A stretch of 64,000 nt of DNA from Thermodesulfobacteriota bacterium (GTDB taxonomy: Bacteria; Desulfobacterota_D; UBA1144; Nemesobacterales; Mycalebacteriaceae): the NCBI GenBank assembly GCA_965226585.1, contig OZ245366.1, positions 96,001 through 160,000 of the forward strand. The letters run 5' to 3'. The position numbers and the translations under genes are program-made. Below are positions 8,734-18,824 of the stretch, one piece after another; positions within the stretch are counted from its first letter, which is position 1, and the number at the start of each line of letters is the position of its first letter. The notes under the pieces were generated by a model. The model saw only the letters and a program-made list of their open reading frames with translations, was not told the DNA's origin and did no database searches.

Positions 8734-9891
8734 TCAGTCCTCGGGGGCGTCATTTTCCTTTTTGCGAAGATAAGTCGGAACATCCAGATCTTCGCCGCCC
8801 TCGGTAGCGGGCTTTCCGCCGCGGGGGGTGAAAAGGTCGTTTGCGCCCGTGCCCGTGCCATTGGTCTGTTTTCTCTGCGGAGCCGCAGGCGGCTGGGGCG
8901 CGGCGGAGCGCGAACCCGCCTCTTCAATTCCGGTCGCGATTATGGTGATTCTGACTTCCTGCCCGGCTTCCTCTTTGCTGTATTCACTGTATCCGAATAT
9001 GAGTTTCACGTCGCTGCTCGCTTTCTTCGTCACGTAGTTGCAGGCTTTTTCAAGTTCGTCAGTTCCGAAATCCGGCGGAGCAACTATGTGGAGAAGCACA
9101 CCTTGCGCGCCCTCAATTGAAAGTGCTCCGAGAAGCGGGCTTTCAACCGCGGTTTCGGTGGCTTTGACCGCTCTGTCCGCGCCCTCGGCGCTTCCGGTTC
9201 CCATTATCGCCTTGGAGCCGGCTTGACTCATTATCGTTTTCACATCGGCGAAATCGGTGTTGATGAGTCCGGGGCTGTTGATAATCTCCGTTATTCCGCT
9301 CACGGCGCGGAACAGCACATCGTTCGCGCTGGCAAACGCATCCTTAAGAAGAGCGGGGTTTTCACGGTCGCACAGTTTGTCGTTGGGAACAATTATCAGT
9401 GTGTCCGCTTCTCTCTCAAGCCTGCTGATTCCCTCGTTCGCAATCTCCATTTTCGCTTCTCCCTCAAAAGAAAAAGGAAGCGTTACTATCGCAACCGTGA
9501 GGGCGCCGACCTCTTTTGACGCCTTGCAAACCACCGGCGCGGCTCCGGTTCCGGTTCCCCCGCCCATGCCCGCCGTAACAAAAACCATGTCCGTGCCTTC
9601 AAGCATTTCGCTTATTCTCGCCTTGTCTTCAGTGGCGGCGTCTTCACCGACTGAGGGAATTCCGCCCGCGCCGAGACCGCGCGTGGAACGGCTTCCTATC
9701 TCCAGTTTGTTATATGGTTTGGATTTGTTGAGGTGCTGGGAATCAGTATTGACGGCTATGAAGTCAACACCTCCAAGCCCCCTGTCCATCATGGAGTCCA
9801 GCGCGTTACAGCCGCCGCCGCCAACTCCCACTATCTTAATCTTCGCTTTAAGGTGGGCTTCCGGTGGAACTATTGTGAACCCTGCTGCCAA
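8734..9891 (-). CDS. ftsZ: Cell division GTPase FtsZ
   Basis: GVGGGGCNA, GMGGGTGTGAAP, NTDFADV, C-terminal DLDVPTYLRK. Confidence 0.97.
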   Translation of the reverse strand: MAAGFTIVPPEAHLKAKIKIVGVGGGGCNALDSMMDRGLGGVDFIAVNTDSQHLNKSKPYNKLEIGSRSTRGLGAGGIPSVGEDAATEDKARISEMLEGTDMVFVTAGMGGGTGTGAAPVVCKASKEVGALTVAIVTLPFSFEGEAKMEIANEGISRLEREADTLIIVPNDKLCDRENPALLKDAFASANDVLFRAVSGITEIINSPGLINTDFADVKTIMSQAGSKAIMGTGSAEGADRAVKATETAVESPLLGALSIEGAQGVLLHIVAPPDFGTDELEKACNYVTKKASSDVKLIFGYSEYSKEEAGQEVRITIIATGIEEAGSRSAAPQPPAAPQRKQTNGTGTGANDLFTPRGGKPATEGGEDLDVPTYLRKKENDAPED

Positions 9892-9925
9892 TGTATGCGC
9901 CTCCGCTCCGCTTGAGAAACGGAAA

Positions 9926-11161
9926 TCAGAAATAACCCGCGAACCACTTATTCATCCAGTCGTGCACTTTTTCAAATATTTTTCCGTCTCTCACCCTTAT
10001 CCTACCAGAGTGTTCACGGGATTCCACTCCGTAGTGTATAAGCCCAACGCCCGTTGAGAACGCGGGACTGCAAACCTCCTCGTTGTCGCCGTAAATACCC
10101 ACGGGAACTCCGAGACGGGCTTCCATGCCGAAAATTTCTTTTGCCATCTCAACCGCGCCTTCCATCGCGAGGCTTCCGCCCGTGAGAACAACCTTGGATG
10201 TTGGACTGCTGGCGGCAACGGCGGCGGGAATTTCATCTCTCGCAAGCTCAAGTATTTCCCTCATCCTCGGCTCTATGACTTCGGCAATATCGCGTTGTGA
10301 AATCATTCGTGTTGTTGTATCAGCACACCGTATCTCCACATTCGCGGCGGTTCGCGCCATGCGTGCGAGGGCAACTCCGTGGTCTTCCTTTACTTTTCGC
10401 GACTCCATATCGGAAACGGTGTTGAAGCGGTGCGATATGTCTCTGTCAATATTATCTCCGCCGAGTGTTATGTTCTGCGTGTATTTGAGGATGCCGCCTT
10501 TGCCGAAAACCGCTATATCTGTTGTTCCGCCGCCGCAGTCCACAAGCACAACCCCAAGGTCTTTTTCCGTTTCGGTTAGAACGGCCATGCTTGACGCTAT
10601 CTGCTCAAGCACTATGCCGTTGACGTCCAGACCGATTCTGTGAATGCAGTCTATAAGGTTTTTTGTGTCGGCAACCTGTCCACTCACTATGTGTATGTCC
10701 GCCTCTATTTTTTGACCCCGCATACCGAGAGGGTTGCTCACCGGTTTCTGCCCGTCTATGGAGTATTTGCTCGCGACCGCCTGAATAATCTCCCTGTCCG
10801 GGGAAACAACTTTCGCGTTTGTGTTCTCTATAAGACGCTTGAGGTCGCCGTCCGTAACCCCGTCCTCGCTGACCGCTATTTTGCCGGGAACATTCTGGCT
10901 TTTGACGTGGCCGCCCGCTATTCCCACAAAAACGGAGGTTATATCTTTGCCCGACGCCCTTTCCGCCTCCGCAATCGCCTCCACTATGCAGTCACTGGTT
11001 TTTTTGATATCAACAACGATTCCCTTGCGGAGCCCCGTTGAAGGGTACGTTCCCATGCCGAGGATTTTGATATTTTCCCCAACCATCTGCGCGACAATGG
11101 CGCATATCTTGGTGGTGCCAAGATCAAGTCCGTAAAAAGTTTCAGATTTTTCCGCGCTCAT
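9926..11161 (-). CDS. ftsA: Cell division protein FtsA
   Basis: GLDLGTTKI, DCGGGTTD, VVLTGG; position before ftsZ. Confidence 0.95.
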   Translation of the reverse strand: MSAEKSETFYGLDLGTTKICAIVAQMVGENIKILGMGTYPSTGLRKGIVVDIKKTSDCIVEAIAEAERASGKDITSVFVGIAGGHVKSQNVPGKIAVSEDGVTDGDLKRLIENTNAKVVSPDREIIQAVASKYSIDGQKPVSNPLGMRGQKIEADIHIVSGQVADTKNLIDCIHRIGLDVNGIVLEQIASSMAVLTETEKDLGVVLVDCGGGTTDIAVFGKGGILKYTQNITLGGDNIDRDISHRFNTVSDMESRKVKEDHGVALARMARTAANVEIRCADTTTRMISQRDIAEVIEPRMREILELARDEIPAAVAASSPTSKVVLTGGSLAMEGAVEMAKEIFGMEARLGVPVGIYGDNEEVCSPAFSTGVGLIHYGVESREHSGRIRVRDGKIFEKVHDWMNKWFAGYF

Positions 11162-11165
11162 TTTT

Positions 11166-11897
11166 CTATCCGCCGTTCAGCCTGAGAATTCCAACCCCTT
11201 CGCGGCGGAGGTTAATATACTTTGCCTTTCGCCCGCTCGCATAAAGGTTGCGGGTTATTTTTTCAAGTTTTTCCCACAGCCCTTTCAAATCCGCCCCCAT
11301 TTCTATGACAGTCCCCTGCCGCGTGAAGATGTCAACGCCCTCCTCTCCCGGCACGGACACTTCCGATATGTCATCCCATCCGGGCGCGGCAACGGAGGAA
11401 AGAGAGAGTTTAAGCACCTCTATGCCTCCGGAAACAAAACCCATCGGAGACCTCAAAACCGGATAGTCCATTCCGTAATTCCCGGCGGGAGCGGCTCCCA
11501 GCCGTGCGCCGGAGCCGTCAAGGTAGTAAAGTTTTCCATCATCCGCCGCGTAGAGGCAGAACGGGATTTTCTCTTTAATGCTTATGGCGACCTTGCCGCT
11601 GAAGTTTCTGCGGGCGGAAGCTTCTTTTATCCACGGGGCTTTTTCAAGCGCCCCTGACACGGAGCCGGGCATAAGCAAAAACGTCCCGCCCTCGTGAGGC
11701 ATCCCAATTCTTTTCAAAACGCTTTGGCGCGAAACCGCGTTTGCGCCCTCAATCACAACGGTATCAATAACAAGCGCGCTTTTTGCCGCGAAAAACATCG
11801 CGCCCAGACACACGGCGGCGGCGCACACCTTGAAAAAAAGCGATAAACGCGGGCTGTTTCCACGCTTTCTTTTTCTTCTTCCGGTCATATCACGCAA
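11166..11897 (-). CDS. ftsQ: Cell division protein FtsQ/DivIB
   Basis: Basic N-tail, one TM, POTRA-like PWIKEASARR..IKEK, YINLR; dcw position. Confidence 0.82.
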   Translation of the reverse strand: MRDMTGRRKRKRGNSPRLSLFFKVCAAAVCLGAMFFAAKSALVIDTVVIEGANAVSRQSVLKRIGMPHEGGTFLLMPGSVSGALEKAPWIKEASARRNFSGKVAISIKEKIPFCLYAADDGKLYYLDGSGARLGAAPAGNYGMDYPVLRSPMGFVSGGIEVLKLSLSSVAAPGWDDISEVSVPGEEGVDIFTRQGTVIEMGADLKGLWEKLEKITRNLYASGRKAKYINLRREGVGILRLNGG

Positions 11898-12772
11898 ACC
11901 TCTGTTTCCAAATCTATGCCTCTTTCCCTGAGAGCCTTGTCGCGGGCGATGCTTATCAATTCAAGCACGTCCGATGTTGTCGCCCCGCCTTTGTTGACTA
12001 TAAAGTTCGCGTGCACCGGCGAAAACTCTGCAGACCCGACTGAAAACGATTTCATTCCGAGCTCTTCAAGAAGCCGTCCGGCTTTTATCTGCGGCGGATT
12101 TTTGAAGATTGAGCCCGTGTTCGCCTCGCTGACCGGCTGTGTGGCTTTCCTGAGCCTCAAACTCTCCCTTATCGCCGAAACGCTCTCTGTGCTGTTTCCG
12201 GAGCGCAAACGCAGACGCGCGCTCAGCACGACCGCACCGGAAGGAATTCCGCCTCGCCTGTATCCCGAATCCAGTTCGTCCGCGCGCAGTTCGTGCACAC
12301 AGCCGTCGTGCCAGACGGCAACGCTTTCAACCGCTTGCGCCATTTCTCCCCCGTTCGCACCCGCGTTCATAAACACCGCGCCGCCAACAGTTCCGGGAAT
12401 TCCCGCCGCGAACTCAAGCCCGGAAAAACCCATGCGCGCGGTTCCGTTCATCACGGCGGCAAGAGAAGCTCCGCAATCGGCGGACACAACCCCTCCGGGA
12501 AGAATCTCAAAATCTTTGAGGCGGCAAGTGCTAACCACCGCGCCCTCAAATCCGCCGTCTCTGACTATCGTGTTTGTGCCGCCTCCGAGAACCGTGAATG
12601 GAACGGACTGCAGGGAAAGCTCTTTGAGCGCGCGGAGAAGAGCGGGCTGCGTTTGCGGATAGACGATAACCTCCGCCTCGCCGCCCACCTTCATCGCCGT
12701 GTAAGACGACATGGGAAACCCCGGCAGGATTTCGCATCCGTTTTTTTTCAAGTCTTTTATCAAGCCCCTCAT
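11885..12772 (-). CDS. murB: UDP-N-acetylenolpyruvoylglucosamine reductase
   Basis: LGGGTN, GLEFAAGIPGTVGGAVFMNAGA, GSIFKNP, HANFIVN, LETEV. Confidence 0.95.
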   Translation of the reverse strand: MRGLIKDLKKNGCEILPGFPMSSYTAMKVGGEAEVIVYPQTQPALLRALKELSLQSVPFTVLGGGTNTIVRDGGFEGAVVSTCRLKDFEILPGGVVSADCGASLAAVMNGTARMGFSGLEFAAGIPGTVGGAVFMNAGANGGEMAQAVESVAVWHDGCVHELRADELDSGYRRGGIPSGAVVLSARLRLRSGNSTESVSAIRESLRLRKATQPVSEANTGSIFKNPPQIKAGRLLEELGMKSFSVGSAEFSPVHANFIVNKGGATTSDVLELISIARDKALRERGIDLETEVCVI

Positions 12773-14133
12773 CTCAACTCATCCGCAACCGCGTCCGCGC
12801 AACGCCAGACATTGCCCGCGCCGAGAGTGAGAAGAATATCTCCCTCACCGAGATCGTTTTTCAGCAGTTTCACAAGCTCTTTTTCGCACGGGGCGTAAAC
12901 CGCGCCCTCGCCGCCCGCGGCTTTCACCCTCTTTACCATCTCCTCAGAAGTCGCCCCCTTTATGGGCTCCTCCCCGGCGGCAAAAACATCCATAACATAA
13001 AGGCGCGGAACCTTGCTGAGCACATCCACAAAGCCGTCAAGAAGAAGCCGCGTCCGCGTGAACCTGTGCGGCTGAAACACAACAACCGGCTGTGATGAGA
13101 ACGCGTCTCTGACCGAATCAAGCGTAACTCTTATCTCTTCGGGATGGTGTCCGTAGTCGTCTATAAACTTTATCCCCCTGACCTCGTCTCTCAGTTGCAT
13201 CCGCCTTTCTATGCCGCCGAACCGTTCAAGCCCCCGGCTGATGAGTTCGAAACTCACTCCCATTTCCATACCCACGGCAATTGCGGCAAGCGAGTTGACG
13301 GCGTTGTGTCTGCCGGGAACGGAAAGACGGACGCGCCCCGGTTTGCCGCCTTTGAAAAAAACCTCGAAATTAGTCTCGAATCCCTGCGTTACAACTTTGC
13401 CGAGACGAATATCCGCGTCCGGATTTTCGCCGTAGGTTATGAACCTTTTGGAAGCCCGCCTGGCTATTTCGCGCACATGAGGGCAGTCAACGCAGAGGAC
13501 GGAAAATCCGTAAAACGGAGTCCTTTCAAGGAAATCAAGAAATCTGTCGCGCAAGGTTTCCACCGTTCCGTAGTAGTCAAGGTGCTCGCGGTCAACGTTT
13601 GTGAGAACCGAAATGGCGGGGGAAAGACGGGAGAAAGAGCCGTCACTCTCGTCCGCCTCGACAACCATTATATCTCCGCCGCCGAACCTTCCGCTGCCCA
13701 GAGCGATAACCTTGCCGCCAACCACAACGGTCGGGTCAAGCCCGCCTTCGGTAAGAACGGAAGCCGCCATTGATGTGGTTGTGGTCTTGCCGTGGCTTCC
13801 CATTACCGCCACGCCCAGTTTCATCTTCATAAGTTCCGCGAGCATCTCAGCCCTCTGCACAACGGCAATGCCGAGCGCCCTCGCGCCCGTCACTTCGGGG
13901 TTTGAGTCTCGAATGGCTGAGGAAACAACCACAACATCCGCCCCCGCCACGCCTTGCGCCCGGTGCTCGCGGCTCACAACCGCACCCGCGCTTTCAAGCG
14001 GCGCGATATCGGCATGCGTTCCCGTGTCCGAGCCGGAAACCTCGTAGCCCATACTGAGAAGAACCTCGGCAAGCCCCCTCATTCCGGAGCCCGCAATTCC
14101 AACCATATGTATCTTTTTGAACCTTCCGTGCAA
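12769..14133 (-). CDS. murC: UDP-N-acetylmuramate--L-alanine ligase
   Basis: GIAGSGM, GSHGKTTTT, EADESDGSF, DDYGHHP, FQPHRFTRT. Confidence 0.96.
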   Translation of the reverse strand: MHGRFKKIHMVGIAGSGMRGLAEVLLSMGYEVSGSDTGTHADIAPLESAGAVVSREHRAQGVAGADVVVVSSAIRDSNPEVTGARALGIAVVQRAEMLAELMKMKLGVAVMGSHGKTTTTSMAASVLTEGGLDPTVVVGGKVIALGSGRFGGGDIMVVEADESDGSFSRLSPAISVLTNVDREHLDYYGTVETLRDRFLDFLERTPFYGFSVLCVDCPHVREIARRASKRFITYGENPDADIRLGKVVTQGFETNFEVFFKGGKPGRVRLSVPGRHNAVNSLAAIAVGMEMGVSFELISRGLERFGGIERRMQLRDEVRGIKFIDDYGHHPEEIRVTLDSVRDAFSSQPVVVFQPHRFTRTRLLLDGFVDVLSKVPRLYVMDVFAAGEEPIKGATSEEMVKRVKAAGGEGAVYAPCEKELVKLLKNDLGEGDILLTLGAGNVWRCADAVADELR

Positions 14134-14136
14134 CTT

Positions 14137-15234
14137 TCACCCGCCAGCGAGAATCTCTATTTCGTCAGCTATTCTCTTTGCCGCATCCGGAGCCGCAACC
14201 GCGGCCGCCGCGCGCGACATCCCCCCCAGCGTATTCCAGTTAAGCAATGTTTGTAAAGTTTTGGCAACCGCTTTTTCCGACATTTCCTTTTCGTCAATAA
14301 CAACAGCGGCTCCGGCTTCCTCCATCATCTGTGCGTTCGCGTGCTGGTGGCGGCGCGCCGCGAAGGGATAGGGAACAAGAACGGACGGCAGTGAAAACAG
14401 GGCTATCTCCGCAACCGCACCCGCGCCCGCCCTTGATACGACAAGGTCGGCTTCGGAGTAGCATCTCGCCACATCCGGACTGAAATCAAAAACCTCCGCT
14501 TCTATGGCGGCGGACTCGTACGCGCGCGCGACTTCAGGGGCGTCACGCTTTCCGGTCTGGTGTATCACTCTCACGGGTATCTGTCCGCTGTTTTTCAGCT
14601 CCGCCACGGCGGGAGGAACCAGACGGTTGAGGGAGCCCGCGCCCTGACTGCCGCCGAGCACAAAAATCGTAACGGATTGCGGGGGAGACGGACGCTTCCT
14701 TTCCGCGCTTTTGAGGGCGGCGTTCACAATCTCACGCCGGACGGGGTTGCCGACAAGACGGATTTTGCCGGCGGGAAACTGCTGTTCTCCCCGGCGCGGA
14801 AAAGCAAGAAACACCCTGCGCGCGATCTTTCCGAGCAGTCTGTTGGCAAGCCCCGAAACGCTGTTCTGTTCGCATATCGCCACCGGAACCCCCATTACGC
14901 GCGCTGCAAAAACGGCGGGAAAGGAAGCGTATCCTCCCATTCCGACCGCCACATCGGGGCGGAACTTCGCCACTATAAAAAGTGACTTCAAAACACCGAG
15001 CGCGGCAAGGAAAGCGCCCGACACAAGCCGAAAAAGACCGCCGCCTGAAACCCCCGCGCCGCTTACGGCTTCAAACCTGTATCCCGCCTCCGGAATCAGA
15101 CGGCTCTCAAGCCCTCTGCGGGTTCCCACAAAAAGAATCTCGTTTTCTGGGTCTCTCGCGGTTATCTCCTCGGCAATCGCGAGAGACGGGAAAATGTGTC
15201 CGCCCGTTCCGCCGCCTGATATAAGAACCTTCAT
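14137..15234 (-). CDS. murG: MurG GlcNAc transferase
   Basis: GGGTGGHIFP, EQNS, GNPVR, GGSQGA, SRAGA, HQHANA. Confidence 0.96.
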   Translation of the reverse strand: MKVLISGGGTGGHIFPSLAIAEEITARDPENEILFVGTRRGLESRLIPEAGYRFEAVSGAGVSGGGLFRLVSGAFLAALGVLKSLFIVAKFRPDVAVGMGGYASFPAVFAARVMGVPVAICEQNSVSGLANRLLGKIARRVFLAFPRRGEQQFPAGKIRLVGNPVRREIVNAALKSAERKRPSPPQSVTIFVLGGSQGAGSLNRLVPPAVAELKNSGQIPVRVIHQTGKRDAPEVARAYESAAIEAEVFDFSPDVARCYSEADLVVSRAGAGAVAEIALFSLPSVLVPYPFAARRHQHANAQMMEEAGAAVVIDEKEMSEKAVAKTLQTLLNWNTLGGMSRAAAAVAAPDAAKRIADEIEILAGG

Positions 15235-16361
15235 TTTTTCCGCGCCCCCGCCCTTGAGACGCTCAAAATAACGCCCACCGCGCCGAGGCTTACAACAAGG
15301 GAAGTGCCTCCGTAACTGAGAAACGGCAGGGTCAGCCCCTTTGTGGGCATCATCGAAAGCGCGACCGCCATGTTCAGCGCCGCCTGAAAAACTATGAGCA
15401 GGGAGTAGCTCATAACAAGATGGAAGCCGAAAGCATCGGGAGCCATAACCGCTATCCTCACGCTTCTGAACAGAAACACCGCAAACGCCGCCACAACCGC
15501 GAAAACGCCCGCGAAACCAAGCTCTTCGCCAATTATGGAAAGAATAAAATCGGTGTGCGCCTGCGGAAGAAAAAACAGTTTCTGATTGCTCGCCCCGAGC
15601 CCCTGTCCGAAAAGACCGCCCAAACTGAAAGCCATCATAGACTGAACCGCCTGATAGCCGGAATCAAAGTAGTTTCCCCAGGGGTCGAGAAACGAGAGAA
15701 GGCGCGTTTTTCTGTAAGGCTCAATCCAGACGGCAAACACGGTGAAGCACATCGCGCCTCCGGCAAGGGCGCACAGATGCGCAACCCTCGCGCCGCCAAG
15801 AAAAAGCATGATGCCCGTAACACAGAGAATTATGAACGCCGTGCCGAAATCGGGCTCAACAAATATCAGCCCCACGTAAATCCCGCCGAGCAGAAGATAC
15901 GGCACAACTCCGCGCAGAAAGTTTTTCATCAATTCGCTTTTGCGCGAAAGCGATTCAGCCATGTAAAGAAAGAATATGAACTTGGCAAACTCAGACGGCT
16001 GGAAAGCGAAACCGCCCACTTGAAGCCATCTTCTCGCCCCGAAAACCTCTCTGCCAACGCCCTCAAACAGAACCGCGCACAGCAAAGCAAGACCCGCGAA
16101 ATATGCGGGCATCGCAAGCCGCTTCAGCATTGTGTAGTCCGTCATCGCCACAACGAACATCACAATAAAACCGATTGCGAGGTAAATCATCTGCAGTTTG
16201 AAAAACCGCCACGAATCGCCGTGGGTCTCAAGGGCGTAGACCGAACTGGTGCTGTAAACCATCAGCGCGCCCGCAAGAGACAGCACGGAAACAACCGCCA
16301 GCAGGGTGTAGTCAAGACCCGCGAAAACGCCTTTGCGCGAACTACCCGAATCTCTTAACAA
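15231..16361 (-). CDS. ftsW: Peptidoglycan polymerase FtsW
   Basis: GARRW, FQPSEFAK, EPDFG, GYQ, HTDFI..EELG, PTKGLTLPFLSYGGTS; probable start TTG 16361 after GGAAGGGAG (the track ORF over-extends into murD). Confidence 0.93.
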   Translation of the reverse strand: MLRDSGSSRKGVFAGLDYTLLAVVSVLSLAGALMVYSTSSVYALETHGDSWRFFKLQMIYLAIGFIVMFVVAMTDYTMLKRLAMPAYFAGLALLCAVLFEGVGREVFGARRWLQVGGFAFQPSEFAKFIFFLYMAESLSRKSELMKNFLRGVVPYLLLGGIYVGLIFVEPDFGTAFIILCVTGIMLFLGGARVAHLCALAGGAMCFTVFAVWIEPYRKTRLLSFLDPWGNYFDSGYQAVQSMMAFSLGGLFGQGLGASNQKLFFLPQAHTDFILSIIGEELGFAGVFAVVAAFAVFLFRSVRIAVMAPDAFGFHLVMSYSLLIVFQAALNMAVALSMMPTKGLTLPFLSYGGTSLVVSLGAVGVILSVSRAGARKK

Positions 16362-17679
16362 TTCTCTGAAACTCCCTTCCCCTTTCTTCAAAAGAGGAAA
16401 ACATATCAAAACTGGAACATGCGGGCGAAAAGAGTATTGAGCCGCCCGGACGCGAATTTTCCACCGCGCTTGCGACCGCCTGTTCAAGCGATTCGGTGAG
16501 AACGGTTTTTGCAAGTCCTCCCAACTCGGCAAACATGGCGTCCCGCGATTCGCCGAAAAGCACAAGGGAACTGACCTTGCTTTCAACGGGAGAGCGCAAA
16601 ACCGAATAGCCGGTTTTTTTGTCTCTGCCCCCGGATATGAGAACAACGGGAGGTTTGAGACTGTCAAGGGCTTTCGCGGTGGCGGCGGGGTTGGTGGCTT
16701 TTGAATCGTCATATACTCTCGCGCCGGAAAGGTCGCGCACAAACTCCATTCTGTGGGGCGGCGGTGAAAACTCCCGCGCCGCCGCCGCCGCTTCGCCGGA
16801 TGGACAGCCCAGTATGGATGAGACGGCAATCGCCGCCATCGCGTTTTCCATATTGTGCTTTCCCTCAAATTTCGCGCCGGAAAGGTCGTATGTTTGCCCG
16901 CCGCAGAAAACCCGCGCTCCGCTTGCGGTTACAACTCCGGGAGCGGGAGCGGAGAGAGAGGAGTCAAAAATTATTTTTTGAGACCGGGAGTTGCGGGCGG
17001 CGGACAAAGCTTCAGAATCCGCGCCGTTTACAACCGCCCATTGTTCGGGCGTCTGGTTCGCGAAGATTTTTTTTTTGGAATTTGCGTAGTCGGCATAGGT
17101 GGGATGAACATCAAGGTGGTTGGGCGAAATGTTCAGCAAAACGGCGATGAGCGGGCTGAATGACGAAGTTGTTTTGAGTTGAAAACTGCTCATCTCCAAA
17201 AGCGCGATGTCGTATTCGCTCTCCCTGCCGACCGAATTTATGTAAGGGTCGCCAAAGTTTCCTCCGGCAAAAACCCGCCTGCCGCACCGCCTGAGAATAG
17301 AGGCCGTAAGCGCGGTGGTGGTGGTCTTTCCGTTTGAGCCCGTAACCGCCACAACGGGAAGGCGGCTCAGCCGGAACGCGAACTCCGCCTCGCCGGTAAC
17401 TGACGCGCCCTCCCGCCGCGCGGCGCGCAATGGCGCGATGCCGGGCGGAACTCCGGGGCTCAGGATAACCGTGCCGGCGGAGGCAAATGTTTTCTCCGTG
17501 TGTCCGCCCGCCTCAACCTTCACGCCCAGTTCTTCCATCTCCGCGCATTCGGGAACCTCTTCGCGGGGGCGGGCTTCGGTGGCGGCAACCTCGGCTCCGG
17601 CGCGGACGAGAAAACGGCAGAGAGCCGCCCCCGTTTTTCCGAGACCGGCAACCAGAAACTTTTCGCCTTTTATTTTCAA
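16342..17679 (-). CDS. murD: UDP-N-acetylmuramoyl-L-alanine--D-glutamate ligase
   Basis: GSNGKTTT, EMSSFQL, NHLD, DDSKATN, SPACSSFDMF. Confidence 0.96.
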   Translation of the reverse strand: MKIKGEKFLVAGLGKTGAALCRFLVRAGAEVAATEARPREEVPECAEMEELGVKVEAGGHTEKTFASAGTVILSPGVPPGIAPLRAARREGASVTGEAEFAFRLSRLPVVAVTGSNGKTTTTALTASILRRCGRRVFAGGNFGDPYINSVGRESEYDIALLEMSSFQLKTTSSFSPLIAVLLNISPNHLDVHPTYADYANSKKKIFANQTPEQWAVVNGADSEALSAARNSRSQKIIFDSSLSAPAPGVVTASGARVFCGGQTYDLSGAKFEGKHNMENAMAAIAVSSILGCPSGEAAAAAREFSPPPHRMEFVRDLSGARVYDDSKATNPAATAKALDSLKPPVVLISGGRDKKTGYSVLRSPVESKVSSLVLFGESRDAMFAELGGLAKTVLTESLEQAVASAVENSRPGGSILFSPACSSFDMFSSFEERGREFQRIVKRFG

Positions 17680-17688
17680 ACTCTCCGC

Positions 17689-18804
17689 CTACCTGACCTT
17701 CAAAGTCGCAAGCGCCATAAGCGCGAGCACAAAAGAGACTATCCAGAAACGGATGACTATCTGAGACTCATGCCATCCGGATTTTTCAAAGTGATGGTGA
17801 AGCGGCGACATTCTGAAAAGACGCCCCCCCTTGAGACGGAAAAAGCCGACTTGAAGAAGAACCGAAACCGTCTCGGCGACAAATATGCCGCCAATAAGCA
17901 CAAGCAGAATCTCCTGTTTTGTAACAAGCGCGGCAAGCCCGATTGAAGCCCCGAGCGCGAGGGAGCCCGTGTCTCCCATAAAAACCCGCGCCGGATATGC
18001 GTTGTACCAGAGAAAACCCAGACACGCCCCGCCAACTGCGGCAAGAAAAACGGCAAACTCCCCCGCGCTCCGGACGTAGGGAATATGAAGGTAGTTCGCA
18101 AGCGTTACGTTGCCCGCCACAAAAGCGAGTATGTAGTAGGTTCCGACCGTAACGATAATTGAGCTTATCGCGAGCCCGTCAAGCCCGTCCGTGAGGTTGA
18201 CGGCGTTTGAGGTTCCTATCGTAACAAAAAGCGCGAGCGCGAAATACATCCACCCGAACTCATAGACCGCATCTTTGATAAACGGAAACGCGACCGAGGT
18301 GAACGAGTATTCCCTCACGGCTTCGCCCGCCCTTACGTACATCGTGAAGCCCGCATCCTGAATACGGAGGAAGATGAAAACCAGCACAATCGCCGCGGCG
18401 CACTGAATGGCAAATTTCAGACCGGCGCTCATCCCGCGAGACCCGGACAGTTTCATCCAGTCGTCCGCGAAACCGATACAGCCGAACACAACCGTGAAAG
18501 CGATGGAATAGACAACAACCGGCTCATTCAAGTTGCCCCATAAAACGGTTGAGAAAACAACCGCGAGAACTATGAACAGACCGCCCATCGTGGGCGTTCC
18601 GGATTTTGCCATGTGCTCTTGCGGCCCGTCGGGGCGTATTTTTTCCCTGATTCTGCTCCTGGCAAGAAGCGTTATAACCCTGCTGCCAAGCAGTACGCTC
18701 AAAAAGAAGGCAAAAACCCCCGCGCCGAAAGAGCGGAAGGTTACGTACTTGAAAATGTTAAGCAGGGTGGCATCGTCTTTGAGAAGATGAAGAAGGTAAA
18801 GCAT
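17689..18804 (-). CDS. mraY: Phospho-N-acetylmuramoyl-pentapeptide transferase
   Basis: GTPTMGG, NAVNLTDGLDGLA, FMGDTGS, PLHHHFE. Confidence 0.97.
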   Translation of the reverse strand: MLYLLHLLKDDATLLNIFKYVTFRSFGAGVFAFFLSVLLGSRVITLLARSRIREKIRPDGPQEHMAKSGTPTMGGLFIVLAVVFSTVLWGNLNEPVVVYSIAFTVVFGCIGFADDWMKLSGSRGMSAGLKFAIQCAAAIVLVFIFLRIQDAGFTMYVRAGEAVREYSFTSVAFPFIKDAVYEFGWMYFALALFVTIGTSNAVNLTDGLDGLAISSIIVTVGTYYILAFVAGNVTLANYLHIPYVRSAGEFAVFLAAVGGACLGFLWYNAYPARVFMGDTGSLALGASIGLAALVTKQEILLVLIGGIFVAETVSVLLQVGFFRLKGGRLFRMSPLHHHFEKSGWHESQIVIRFWIVSFVLALMALATLKVR

Positions 18805-18824
18805 GGCGTTTTTGCGCGGGAAAC

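Noticed and set aside
9257..10057. Long antisense ORFs over core genes (also 11916-12662, 15420-16358, 34822-35688, 49077-49847, 56487-57398)
   Set aside because: Expected stop-poor shadow frames opposite GC-rich conserved genes, with no recognisable motifs.
16362..16868. Apparent 170-aa N-terminal extension of FtsW
   Set aside because: Out-of-frame overlap with murD; a good SD plus TTG at 16361 gives a normal-length FtsW.
17067..17076. Homopolymer tracts (T10 in murD; T8 and A8 in the cytosine methylase) as phase-variation switches
   Set aside because: All ORFs are in frame, the tracts are short and explained by Lys/Phe codons, and murD is essential.
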